A DNA stretch of 54,152 nucleotides from Candidatus Kaiserbacteria bacterium RIFCSPLOWO2_01_FULL_45_25 (GTDB lineage Bacteria; Patescibacteriota; Minisyncoccia; Phycocordibacterales; UBA918): NCBI GenBank assembly GCA_001781415.1, contig MFLT01000006.1, forward strand, positions 9,387-63,538, in the 5' to 3' direction. The notes beneath the pieces were generated by a model. That model was not told the origin of the DNA, ran no database searches, and saw only the letters and a program-made list of their open reading frames with translations. Positions 29,916 through 39,027 of the stretch are shown here, one piece after another. The position numbers were made by a program, and so were the translations under genes. Every line of letters begins with the position of its first letter. Positions within the stretch are counted from its first letter, which is position 1.

Positions 29916-31319
29916 ATGCATGCATCAATTGTGACTGACCTTGGCTTTGGTGATGCTGGTAAAGGCACCATGGTCGACTACTTGGCTCGCCAGACATCTC
30001 AGGCGGTCATCGTTCGCTTCAACGGCGGTGCTCAGGCCGCACACAACGTCCACACCGCCTGCGGGAAACATCACACGTTTTCGCAGTTCGGCAGCGGCAT
30101 GCTCGTCCCGGGTACGCGGACGTTTCTTTCGCACTACGTGTTGTTTGATCCGTTTGCGCTTAGGAACGAAGCGGACGCGCTCTCGAAGCTCGTCCCCGGC
30201 GACCCACTCTCTCGAGTGATTGTCGATGGTGGTGCGCTCACGGTTACGCCGTTTCAAAAGGCAGCCAACCGGGTGCGGGAATCGCTTCGTGGAGCCGGAC
30301 GTCACGGCAGTGTGGGTATGGGTATCGGTGAAACGATGGCCGACATGCTCACGTTTCCGGAATTGGCGGTCTACGCGCACGACCTGCGTGACCTGCCGCT
30401 TTTGTTCCAAAAACTGAAGCGGCAACAGGAGCTCAAGCAAGCGGAGTTTGGTGAAAGGTTGGCGGTTGTGTCCGAATCTGGTGTTTTGCCAGAGGAGGTG
30501 CGACTCCTGTCTGATCCGAACGCTCCGCGGTACATCGCCGAGACGATGGTCGAGCTCTCGCGGCGGTTTACGCTCGGCTCGATGAGTATCCTCAAACGCC
30601 TCTCGTACGAGCATCCACTCATCTTCGAAGGTGCACAGGGAATTCTGATCGACGAGTGGCACGGCTTCCATCCGTACACCACCTGGAGTACAAGCACCAA
30701 CAAGAACGCCAACGCGCTCTTGCGTGACTTGGGCTACCTGGGGCCGGTTAATCGCTACGGCGTGGTGCGGGCATATAGCACCCGTCATGGGCCAGGACCG
30801 TTTCCAAGCGAAGACCAAGGACTCACCATGGCCTTGCCAGACACGCACAACGTGTTTGGTCGGTGGCAGGGTGGTTTCAGGGTGGGGTGGCTTGATCTGC
30901 CACTCACGCGCTACGCGCTTGCGGTATCGGAAGGTACCGACACCATTCTGCTCACGCACCTTGATCGGTGGGCTCAGTTGGGAGAGAAGAAGGTGGTGAC
31001 TGCCTACGCAGTTGAGGCATCGGCATTGTCCACGCGTGAGCGAGCGGCGATTGTCGAGATGAAGGTGGCACGCCCGGTGGCAGGGAAGGTGTATATTGGT
31101 TCCTTCAGACCGAAGGAGACGCTTGAAGACCTGACCTACCAGGAGATGCTTGGAGACATACTCGGAAAGTCCGAGCCAGTCTTTGAGTACACTGAGCTTT
31201 CAGGCGAGGCGTACGCTGACTTTGTCGGTACGCGCCTTGGTCTCCCTGTCGGGGTGACTTCGTACGGGCGCACTGCTGCTGAGAAGCGCGAGCGGCTGTC
31301 ACTCCTCCAGGCTGCATGA
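29916..31319 (+). CDS. Divergent adenylosuccinate synthetase (PurA)-like ligase
   Basis: DLGFGDAGKG, RFNGGAQAAH, HGSVGMGIG, FEGAQG, PYTTWS, RAYSTRHGPGPFPSE, RVGWLD, THLD; GGAG SD before ATG 29916. Confidence 0.88.
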   Translation: MHASIVTDLGFGDAGKGTMVDYLARQTSQAVIVRFNGGAQAAHNVHTACGKHHTFSQFGSGMLVPGTRTFLSHYVLFDPFALRNEADALSKLVPGDPLSRVIVDGGALTVTPFQKAANRVRESLRGAGRHGSVGMGIGETMADMLTFPELAVYAHDLRDLPLLFQKLKRQQELKQAEFGERLAVVSESGVLPEEVRLLSDPNAPRYIAETMVELSRRFTLGSMSILKRLSYEHPLIFEGAQGILIDEWHGFHPYTTWSTSTNKNANALLRDLGYLGPVNRYGVVRAYSTRHGPGPFPSEDQGLTMALPDTHNVFGRWQGGFRVGWLDLPLTRYALAVSEGTDTILLTHLDRWAQLGEKKVVTAYAVEASALSTRERAAIVEMKVARPVAGKVYIGSFRPKETLEDLTYQEMLGDILGKSEPVFEYTELSGEAYADFVGTRLGLPVGVTSYGRTAAEKRERLSLLQAA

Positions 31320-31342
31320 ACAGTTCTTTGAACCACAACTAC

Positions 31343-31369
31343 AAACCGGACGCTTGCGTCCGGTTTTTT
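31343..31369 (+). terminator. Intrinsic terminator ending the operon
   Basis: AAACCGGACGC-TT-GCGTCCGGTTT plus T run. Confidence 0.8.
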
Positions 31370-31431
31370 ATGTGTAGGAATTTTGAATAAAAGAAAACCC
31401 CGCCTAGGCGAGGTTTGGTTGGTGGTCTGGT

Positions 31432-31782
31432 TTAGTTGAGGAGCTGCCTGGGCGGCAACGATTCGAGGTGACAGACATATACCGCGTCCTTGCCCAGGGC
31501 CACCAGACGAGCGTTGTTGGCGGGTAGTTCCCGCGCGAGGGACGGTTGTAATTCGGGAAGTACTTCCAGAATCGGTGCCAACACCGTTGCGTCTGCCACA
31601 CAGCAGGCGATTCTGCCTGGGGTGATGGGTTCGGTGGTCAGCCAAGGAATCAGGTCGGCATATTCCGAATCTGGTTCAATGCAAAGAACCACAATCTCCT
31701 CCAGGCTAAGCCCGCGTAGCGCTGCTGCTTCGTAAACAAGACTAGACAGCATTGCTTTCTGGAGACTAACAAATTTTTTCAT
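31432..31782 (-). CDS. Hypothetical protein, paralogue family member 2
   Basis: GGGAG SD before MKKFVS; similar to 16650..17075. Confidence 0.7.
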   Translation of the reverse strand: MKKFVSLQKAMLSSLVYEAAALRGLSLEEIVVLCIEPDSEYADLIPWLTTEPITPGRIACCVADATVLAPILEVLPELQPSLARELPANNARLVALGKDAVYVCHLESLPPRQLLN

Positions 31783-31801
31783 CAGATACTCCCAGGTGTG
31801 A

Positions 31802-32197
31802 TTAAGATAGGCGGCTATACTCCATAAGGATATCGCCAGCGGTAACTGCCTCTTCGTCCAAGTCCCCGAAGAAGCAGAGTATTCTGGCTCGGCCAGGCCG
31901 GCAGGGAGCCAAAATCTCTTCTTCCATCTCCGGCATGTTCTGGACTGCGTATTCACACAATAGCCAAGAGCAGTAACCAGTAGTAAAGCGCTGGTGCGGA
32001 TTTGGGAGAAAGGCTTCTTTGGGGTAATTGGTTGCTTCCGACAAAGCGTCAGCGTGAGCCGACCAAGTTGATTTGGTGTCAAAAACAAAGATGACTGGCG
32101 GTTTGAACTTTTGGCTCGCAATTGAAGCCAGGCGCTGAAGTTCATCGATGCGGGCTGCCATCTCGTTGGCGATCGGGGGCACTTTTGGTCTAAACAT
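31802..32197 (-). CDS. Hypothetical protein, paralogue family member 3
   Basis: GGAGG SD before MFRPK; G..SW..C...P motif shared with 16650..17075. Confidence 0.7.
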   Translation of the reverse strand: MFRPKVPPIANEMAARIDELQRLASIASQKFKPPVIFVFDTKSTWSAHADALSEATNYPKEAFLPNPHQRFTTGYCSWLLCEYAVQNMPEMEEEILAPCRPGRARILCFFGDLDEEAVTAGDILMEYSRLS

Positions 32198-32352
32198 GTT
32201 TTCCTCCAGACGGTTGAAAGAGCAGGATTTAAGCAAGAGTAGTCGGAAAAGAGTTTATTGTAAAGCCGCCTGCTAATTAAGGGAAAGGGGCAGGACGATG
32301 AAACTAAAGACCTTCCTTGAAAAACCGTAAATTTGTGATATAATCACAAATA

Positions 32353-32958
32353 ATGAATAACTTTAAACCAGGAGGACAAAGAAATCGTAAAGAATTTCTT
32401 GGTGGTCGCCCTAAGTCAGATGCAAACTATGGACCGAAGAAACGATTTGAAAGTAACGACCGGGGACCACGCCGTGATGATCGTGGTGGGGAACGAAAAA
32501 TAGAACTATTTACTACCGCTTGTACTACCTGTGGTAAGTCGTGTGAGGTACCTTTCAAACCAGATGGCACTAAGCCGGTATTGTGTCGGGACTGTTTTGC
32601 TGCCAAAAACGCTGGCGGGGACAATGCTCGTAGTGGCAATCGTTCTACTAGTAATGACTTTGCACCGCGCAAGCCAGAGCGTTCATTTGATGCTCCGCGC
32701 GTAGAGCGAGCACCTGGTGTGTCTAGGGAAGACTTCGCTGCACTGTCTCGCCATGTCACAGCTCTAGATGCTAAGATCAATGAGATTCTCGCAATAGTGA
32801 AGACTGCCCATGCAACGGTTGAAAAGCCACCGGCGGCAGCTGAAGCTGCAACTGGAGAAGAGGTAACTATTAAGAAAGACCGCAAGCCTAAGAAGGCTGC
32901 AAAAGTGGTGAAGAAGACAGTTAAGAAAGCAGCGAAGAAGGTGACCAAAAAGAAGTAG
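32353..32958 (+). CDS. CxxC-x17-CxxC zinc-ribbon protein with Lys-rich tail
   Basis: CTTCGKSCEVPFKPDGTKPVLCRDCF; C-terminal KKAAKVVKKTVKKAAKKVTKKK. Confidence 0.88.
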   Translation: MNNFKPGGQRNRKEFLGGRPKSDANYGPKKRFESNDRGPRRDDRGGERKIELFTTACTTCGKSCEVPFKPDGTKPVLCRDCFAAKNAGGDNARSGNRSTSNDFAPRKPERSFDAPRVERAPGVSREDFAALSRHVTALDAKINEILAIVKTAHATVEKPPAAAEAATGEEVTIKKDRKPKKAAKVVKKTVKKAAKKVTKKK

Positions 32959-33021
32959 TTGAAACATCTAACTAAAAACGCTCGGCTTCGGCCGAGCGTT
33001 TTTTTGTAACTGTGGAGCAGT

Positions 33022-33297
33022 TTATCGCATCGATACCTTGAGAGACAAATCAAGAGCTTTTGCAATGCGTCCGAGTGTCTGCAGGGAAGGGTTGCCGTCT
33101 CCGCGCTCAAGGCGAGAGATCACTGGCTGGCGACTGCCAATGGCTTCAGCAAGCTCAGTTTGAGACCATCCACGCTTAATACGTTCTTTAATAATAGTTT
33201 TGACCACTTCATATTCTGGTCCAAGCATCTCGTACTCAGTTTTAGTAACTGGGTTCTTGAGTGCCTTGGCCTTAAATTGTTTGAATGTAGTACTCAT
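33022..33297 (-). CDS. XRE/HigA-like HTH antitoxin
   Basis: WSQTELAEAIGSRQPVISRLERG..PSLQTL; lies downstream of a RelE-type gene. Confidence 0.88.
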   Translation of the reverse strand: MSTTFKQFKAKALKNPVTKTEYEMLGPEYEVVKTIIKERIKRGWSQTELAEAIGSRQPVISRLERGDGNPSLQTLGRIAKALDLSLKVSMR

Positions 33298-33303
33298 AAA
33301 GTA

Positions 33304-33325
33304 AATATAACTTATAAGTTATATT
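33304..33325. promoter_or_regulatory. Perfect 22-bp palindrome, probable antitoxin operator
   Basis: AATATAACTTATAAGTTATATT between the toxin and antitoxin genes. Confidence 0.65.
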
Positions 33326-33629
33326 ATTGCAAATGATCTTTTGCGTCTCGCGCTCGGTTTAATTCTTTGTCGAGTGTCTTTTGAGTCTTCTTTACACAAG
33401 CATGCAGCAAAACAGCCTGCTTGTTATGGAAACAATAAAATATTCTAATTTCTCTAGTTCCTCGTATGCGTAGTTCAAGCAGTCCGCCAGACATATGCTT
33501 GCTATGAGGCATTCCTAAGTCACTGCCAAATTCTTCTAGTAATTCAATTGTGCGAATTACCTTCGCAATTTCCTTTTCATTTAGTGATTCAAGAAATGTT
33601 TCCACTGAATCTAGTAGAATGATTTGCAT
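33324..33629 (-). CDS. RelE/HigB-like (Gp49-type) toxin
   Basis: LGMPHSKHM..GLLELR...RIFYCF...LLH...KKTQKT; start MQIIL at 33629. Confidence 0.88.
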   Translation of the reverse strand: MQIILLDSVETFLESLNEKEIAKVIRTIELLEEFGSDLGMPHSKHMSGGLLELRIRGTREIRIFYCFHNKQAVLLHACVKKTQKTLDKELNRARDAKDHLQ

Positions 33630-33718
33630 AAAGTAATTATAACAAAAAACATCACTGCATAGAGTGATGTCTTTGTGCCTGCACCGCGAAGCTTGAGGAG
33701 CTTGCGACGAAAGCGAAG

Positions 33719-34239
33719 TGGTGGAGATGTGGAGAATCGAACTCCAGTCCGAATCAGGTACCACATTGTGAGTCTACAGTGCGTAGTCTCTCCTTTGTAA
33801 GACTTCTGTACTGAGGGAATTTCTTTGTCGTTACGATTTTTTATACAGTCATCGTAGATTTACTACGCCTTCTGTTTAAAAAAATCTAAACTCCGCGAAC
33901 TCCATCTCAGTACAGAAGTCTTTTTAAAATTAGTATCTATAGAAGCGACAAAACAATACTAATTCGAGTTGTTACAATCTTGAACCTAGAAGACAACGGC
34001 AACTAGATCCACAGCCTCGTGGCTATTCTACAACTGAAACGTATGAGGCGTTTATCTCAGTCGCATCACTCCGGATCTAGACGAATGGTTACGCTAGAGC
34101 GGGAGCGAATCCAAACGCGTTAGCGTATGGACTTGGTATTGCTTTGTTTGCAAATACGGATGGAACCTTTTAGCGAATTGGTTACCATTTTCGACACTGC
34201 ACACAATGGGTAGGCTAACCGTCGATGCCTAGCATCCCC
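33719..34239 (-). ncRNA. ssrA: tmRNA (521 nt, with internal insert)
   Basis: 5' GGGGATG pairs with 3' CATCTCC-ACCA (G3.U70); T-arm GGAG-TTCGATT-CTCC; tag ORF 34151-34089 ANKAIPSPYANAFGFAPALA*; directly downstream of smpB. Confidence 0.95.
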
Positions 34240-34374
34240 AGAAAACACCGAAGTGTTTTCTAGATTGAGTAGTTCACTCAATCTGATGGAGAAAGGGAAG
34301 TAACAAATGTACTTCTATGCTTTCTGGGAATATCGTGTGCTGTTGAAGACGAGTGAGTAGGAGATTTCTTTCAA

Positions 34375-34821
34375 CTATTGGCTCTTCATGATTCTATCAA
34401 TTTCTCGTTTGTTGTCGCGAGCTTTGAGTGTTTCGCGCTTGTCGGCCTTCTTTTTACCGCGGGCGAGGGCGATACCGAGCTTTACTTTACGTTTATTATT
34501 ATACCATCTGGTTGCCACTATTGTCAAGCCATTACGCTCACTACCTTGCTCGAGTTCTTCGATTTGTTTCTTCGAGAGAAGGAGCTTGCGGGCTCGTTCT
34601 GGGTCGTAGCCTTTTGGGGTATTGGCGACCTGGTAGGGGCTAATTGAGGCGTTAACTAGATACGCTTCTTTACCACGAATAATCACGTAGGCGCCGTTTA
34701 GGCTCGCTTTATTGGCCCGAATAGACTTCACTTCGTGGCCCGTAAGAACTACCCCCGCCTCATATTGTTCGAGGAATTCGTAGTCAAAATAGGCTTTTTT
34801 GTTTTGGACAAAATCAGACAT
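34375..34821 (-). CDS. smpB: SsrA-binding protein
   Basis: NKKAYFDY, EAGVVLTGHEVKSIR, RKLLL, GKKKADKRE. Confidence 0.97.
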   Translation of the reverse strand: MSDFVQNKKAYFDYEFLEQYEAGVVLTGHEVKSIRANKASLNGAYVIIRGKEAYLVNASISPYQVANTPKGYDPERARKLLLSKKQIEELEQGSERNGLTIVATRWYNNKRKVKLGIALARGKKKADKRETLKARDNKREIDRIMKSQ

Positions 34822-34946
34822 ATCGCTTATGACGTTTAACTATAGATGGTATTACGCCCTCGTGCAATTGTGATGTTCCACGCGTATGGGTAAGGGAAGG
34901 CTATTGGCTCGTAAACTTTGGTAATTTCTGTATAATGCACCGTACT

Positions 34947-37031
34947 ATGTCAAATTTAGAAAACGAAACAAAACCGGATAATACAACGGAAAAAGAGACG
35001 CCGAAGGCGCCAGAACAGCCTGAGGAGAAGAAGGCTCCCGAGCCAAAAAAGACAAATGGTCACAATCCACTTCCACGCCTCCGCGAGGTGGGGCAGCGTG
35101 TGCCAATTGGACCAGGTAATTTCTGGAACAACATGCTCTCTACTGTGCTTTTGCTCGTGCTTGTCACGATGCTTTTTAGTTACCTCACTGATACCCGTGT
35201 CGAACCAGAACAGCTCTCTGTCTCTGAAGTTGTAAATCAAGTAAAGGCTGGTGAAGTCAAAGAAATTATCGTCCGTGGGTCAGTACTGGAAATCAGCTAC
35301 CAAGACGAAACTCGTAACAAGGGTGAGGCGAAGCGTGAGACAGATGCGTCTGTGTCTGAGTCGCTCACCAATTTCGGTGTGAGTGCTGAGCAGCTCGCTA
35401 CTATCAAAATTGATGTCCAACGCGAGACGGGCTTTAGTTACTGGTTTGGGCAATTTGCACCGTTCCTGTTTCCATTACTCTTCCTCCTGCTTGTCATCTG
35501 GTTCTTTACCCGTTCAGTAAAGGGCGCTGGTATGCAGGCTTTGAATTTCGGTTCAAGTAAAGCCCGAGTAATTGATCCAAATGATACCAACCAGAAGGTT
35601 ACCTTTAAGGATGTAGCTGGTGCCAAAGAAGCGAAGCAAGAACTCGAAGAAATTGTCGACTTCCTCAAGAGTCCAAAGAAGTTTATTGATATTGGGGCTG
35701 AGATTCCAAAGGGAGTGATGATGATGGGTGCGCCAGGAACTGGAAAGACGCTGCTCGCTCGCGCTGTCGCGGGAGAGGCGGGCGTACCATTCTTCTCAAT
35801 CTCTGGATCAGAATTTGTGGAGATGTTTGTGGGAGTTGGTGCGTCTCGAGTCCGGGATCTCTTCTCAATGGCCAAGAAGGCTGCGCCAGCTATCATCTTT
35901 GTTGATGAAATTGACGCGGTGGGACGAGTGCGTGGTACCGGAGTAGGTGGTGGAAACGATGAACGTGAACAAACCCTCAACCAAATCCTCGTGGAGATGG
36001 ACGGCTTTGAGCCAAACGCCAAGGTGATTGTGATGGCGGCTACTAACCGTCCAGATGTACTAGACCCAGCGCTCCTTCGACCAGGTCGCTTTGACCGTCG
36101 CGTGACTATCGACTTGCCAGATCGCAAAGACCGAGAAGAAATTCTCAAGGTACATGCTCGCAAGAAGCCACTGCAGGATGACGTAAACCTAGAGCTCATC
36201 GCGATGCGTACTCCAGGCTTCTCTGGTGCAGACCTTTACTCGCTGATGAACGAAGCAGCTATCTTGGCAGCTCGTGAACTACGTAAGAAGGTTGGACAAT
36301 TTGATATTATTCGCTCAATTGAAAAGGTGATGCTCGGTCCTGAGCGCAAGAGTCATGTGATGAGTAAGCGGGAGCGATTGGTGACTGCCTACCATGAAGT
36401 AGGGCACGCTCTCGTAGCGTCTGTACTCCCATACGCAGACCCAGTGCAGAAGATCTCAGTTATCTCACGTGGACGCGCAGCCGGATATACCCTCAAGCTC
36501 CCAGACGAAGATCGACGTATGCATTCAAAGAAGGAATTCTTGGACGATATCGCCATGACGCTCGGTGGATACGTAACTGAAGAAATGGTGTTTGGTGACC
36601 TCACCACTGGTCCAAGTAACGACCTCCAGGTAGTAGCGAACCTCGCTCGCGATATGGTGACTAAGTACGGCATGAGTGCGCTCGGCCCAGTTGCCCTTGA
36701 AGGTACTGGTGGACGGATGATTGGTGGCGGGATGAGTGAAGATCGTGGTTACTCTCCACAAATCGCCAAGGCGATTGATGACGAAGTAGCTCGAATTATT
36801 GAGGAAGGGAAAATCAAGGCCAAAGATATTTTGACCAAGTATCGCCCAGCTCTCGATGCCATCTCAAAGCGCCTCGCTGAAGTGGAGACTCTCGAGCGAG
36901 AAGAATACGAAGCATTGCTCAAGCGTGAAGGGGTAGAAATCCAAGACGCCTACAAGAAGCAGCGTGAAGAAGATGAGGCCAACGCTGACCCAAGTAAGAT
37001 TCTTGAAGATATCGCGAAGGAAAGTAAATAA
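34947..37031 (+). CDS. ftsH: ATP-dependent zinc metalloprotease FtsH
   Basis: Two [32 protein letters not shown]. Start could alternatively be 34935. Confidence 0.97.
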   Translation: MSNLENETKPDNTTEKETPKAPEQPEEKKAPEPKKTNGHNPLPRLREVGQRVPIGPGNFWNNMLSTVLLLVLVTMLFSYLTDTRVEPEQLSVSEVVNQVKAGEVKEIIVRGSVLEISYQDETRNKGEAKRETDASVSESLTNFGVSAEQLATIKIDVQRETGFSYWFGQFAPFLFPLLFLLLVIWFFTRSVKGAGMQALNFGSSKARVIDPNDTNQKVTFKDVAGAKEAKQELEEIVDFLKSPKKFIDIGAEIPKGVMMMGAPGTGKTLLARAVAGEAGVPFFSISGSEFVEMFVGVGASRVRDLFSMAKKAAPAIIFVDEIDAVGRVRGTGVGGGNDEREQTLNQILVEMDGFEPNAKVIVMAATNRPDVLDPALLRPGRFDRRVTIDLPDRKDREEILKVHARKKPLQDDVNLELIAMRTPGFSGADLYSLMNEAAILAARELRKKVGQFDIIRSIEKVMLGPERKSHVMSKRERLVTAYHEVGHALVASVLPYADPVQKISVISRGRAAGYTLKLPDEDRRMHSKKEFLDDIAMTLGGYVTEEMVFGDLTTGPSNDLQVVANLARDMVTKYGMSALGPVALEGTGGRMIGGGMSEDRGYSPQIAKAIDDEVARIIEEGKIKAKDILTKYRPALDAISKRLAEVETLEREEYEALLKREGVEIQDAYKKQREEDEANADPSKILEDIAKESK

Positions 37032-37033
37032 TA

Positions 37034-37076
37034 AAACACAAAAGCCCCGCGCCATTGGCGCGGGGCTTTTGTGTTT
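37034..37076. terminator. Bidirectional terminator
   Basis: AAACACAAAAGCCCCGCGCCA-T-TGGCGCGGGGCTTTTGTGTTT. Confidence 0.85.
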
Positions 37077-37775
37077 CTAGCTGTGTACAGGACGGAGGTT
37101 TTCTTCTTGTACTATTACGCCGTCTTCCATGTAGAGGATGCGGTTGGCACCAAGGGCGTACTCACGTTCGTGGGTGACCATTACTATGGTCTGTCCGGTG
37201 GTGTGATTGAGGTCACTTAAAAGATCAATCACTTGCTTACTTGAGATGGAGTCTAGATTGGCGGTTGGTTCATCCGCAAAGATAATCTTTGGTGCACTGG
37301 CAATCGCGCGGGCTATCGCGACGCGCTGCTGTTCACCACCAGATAGTTCAGCCGGGAGGTTCTGGTATTTGCCTTCAAGACCGACGCTATCGATAGCAGC
37401 GTCGGCTTTCTCTGTCGCTGTCTGCCAATAGTCGCCACGCATTAGAAGGGGCATCATGACGTTTTCGCGCGCTGAGAGGTCGGGTACGAGTGCGTAGTCT
37501 TGGAATACATAGCCAAGGGTATTAAGACGAAACGTAGTGCGTTCTCTTTCAGATAGTGACATAACGTCCGTGCCATCTACTATGAGATGTCCACTTGATG
37601 GGGTATCAAGGACCGAGAGTTGGTACATAAAGGTAGATTTACCAGCGCCAGACTTACCCATGATGGCAACAAACTCACCAGGCTCCACGGTAATGTCGAC
37701 ACCACGAAGGACATGGGTAAGAAGCGGCTCTTTGCCGAAGGTGCGATGAATGTTTTGAGCAATGATGATGGGCAT
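37077..37775 (-). CDS. ABC transporter ATP-binding protein (LolD/MacB type)
   Basis: [24 protein letters not shown]. Confidence 0.95.
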   Translation of the reverse strand: MPIIIAQNIHRTFGKEPLLTHVLRGVDITVEPGEFVAIMGKSGAGKSTFMYQLSVLDTPSSGHLIVDGTDVMSLSERERTTFRLNTLGYVFQDYALVPDLSARENVMMPLLMRGDYWQTATEKADAAIDSVGLEGKYQNLPAELSGGEQQRVAIARAIASAPKIIFADEPTANLDSISSKQVIDLLSDLNHTTGQTIVMVTHEREYALGANRILYMEDGVIVQEENLRPVHS

Positions 37776-37776
37776 A

Positions 37777-39024
37777 CTACTTTCTTCCTAGGATAGCATT
37801 AAGCGTGTTCTGCTTCGCAATCATCCAGGCTGGGACAAAGCCAGCGATGAGCGTGATTACAAAGAGAATCACAAACTTATAAAACGTTCCTTCGGGATCG
37901 GCTGAGAGGATGCCGTCACTAAACGGAAACTGGATAGGGTTCTGATCAAAGTATGGGACAAGGAAACCGTAGGTAAGTAGAGCACCGAGGAAGGAACCAG
38001 TAAGGGCATAAAACGCGGCTTGGGCCACGTAGGCAATCTCAATCACTTGGCGCTCAATCCCAATCCCTTTAAGGATACCAATGTGACGACGTCGTGAGAG
38101 GGCGTTGATAAAAATAATAATAAAGATAGTGATAGACGCCACCACAATACCAATAGAACCAATGAAGGTACCAAGGACGTTGAAGGTGTTTTTGATATCA
38201 ATGAGGAACTTCGGGAGGTTTTCTTCGAAGGTTAGGATCTTGGCAAATTGAGTTAGACCACTGGCTTCCATTGAAGCCGCAATCTTGGCGTTGTCCTCTG
38301 GGTTTACAGTCCTAATGACTATTTGGTCGGCGTTGCGGTCTAGACGATTGAAGAGACGGCGGAATTCTCGCTCTGGAATGAAGGTAGAGAGATTCACTTC
38401 GTCCACCTTAGATTGTACTAAGCCTTTGACCACAAACTCTTTGGAGACGTCACCGAGAGTGAGGCGTACAGTATCACCTGGCTTCACTCCAGCCACACTT
38501 TCAAATACGTCACCAAATTGCTGTGCGTATTCTTCAATATAATAAATTCCAATGAGGATGAAACCCTCTTCGTCTGGATTGAGGTATTCACCTTCAATCA
38601 CCAGGTCACTGAGGCCCGTCATGGTGTCTTCTTGGTGTGGGTCGATACCGGAGACACGAACCGCAGCAATGTCTCGTTCGTTTTGTAGGTTGCGACGTTC
38701 TTTGTAGTTGGCTTCGAGGGTGGCACTGCCACTGAAGCGAACAGAGTAGGTATCAATTTCTGGGTAAGCCTCAATCTCACGAATGAAGGACTCGGTCTCG
38801 AGGATATGGTCTTCGCCATCTAGTTCGGTGATGACAATGTCCCCAAGGGCGCTCTCACGAACGGCTTTCTCCGCCCCCTCAATAAGACCAACCAGAATCC
38901 CGGATACGGCGATGAGGTTGAGGAACGTGAGCATCATCACAAAGATGATGAGGGAAGTAGTCCAGATACTAGCGCGCTGTATCTGGCGTAGTCCGAGCAA
39001 AAGTCCGATACGAAGACTGCGCAT
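37777..39024 (-). CDS. FtsX/MacB-type ABC permease
   Basis: N-terminal TM, large extracytoplasmic loop, RRRHIGILKGIG, three C-terminal TMs. Confidence 0.9.
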   Translation of the reverse strand: MRSLRIGLLLGLRQIQRASIWTTSLIIFVMMLTFLNLIAVSGILVGLIEGAEKAVRESALGDIVITELDGEDHILETESFIREIEAYPEIDTYSVRFSGSATLEANYKERRNLQNERDIAAVRVSGIDPHQEDTMTGLSDLVIEGEYLNPDEEGFILIGIYYIEEYAQQFGDVFESVAGVKPGDTVRLTLGDVSKEFVVKGLVQSKVDEVNLSTFIPEREFRRLFNRLDRNADQIVIRTVNPEDNAKIAASMEASGLTQFAKILTFEENLPKFLIDIKNTFNVLGTFIGSIGIVVASITIFIIIFINALSRRRHIGILKGIGIERQVIEIAYVAQAAFYALTGSFLGALLTYGFLVPYFDQNPIQFPFSDGILSADPEGTFYKFVILFVITLIAGFVPAWMIAKQNTLNAILGRK

Positions 39025-39027
39025 AGC

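Noticed and set aside
28051-30959. Long antisense ORFs (28051..28818, 29925..30959; likewise 35438..36199 and 32427..33110)
   Set aside because: They are shadow frames opposite well-supported genes, with no recognisable motifs.
29916-31319. PurZ (Z-genome) assignment
   Set aside because: The catalytic Asp is retained (GDAGKG, not the PurZ-type GSxGKG), and there is no dATPase, MazZ or phage polymerase nearby.
33630-33764. N-terminal extension of the toxin ORF given in the track
   Set aside because: It overlaps the tmRNA 3' end and its terminator; ATG 33629 has a TATAAT 6 nt upstream.
33719-34239. Group I intron or permuted two-piece tmRNA; ssrA-integrated island
   Set aside because: The ends are in standard order, the T-loop is uninterrupted, the insert is too short for a group I core, and I found no duplicate of the ssrA 3' end or integrase downstream.
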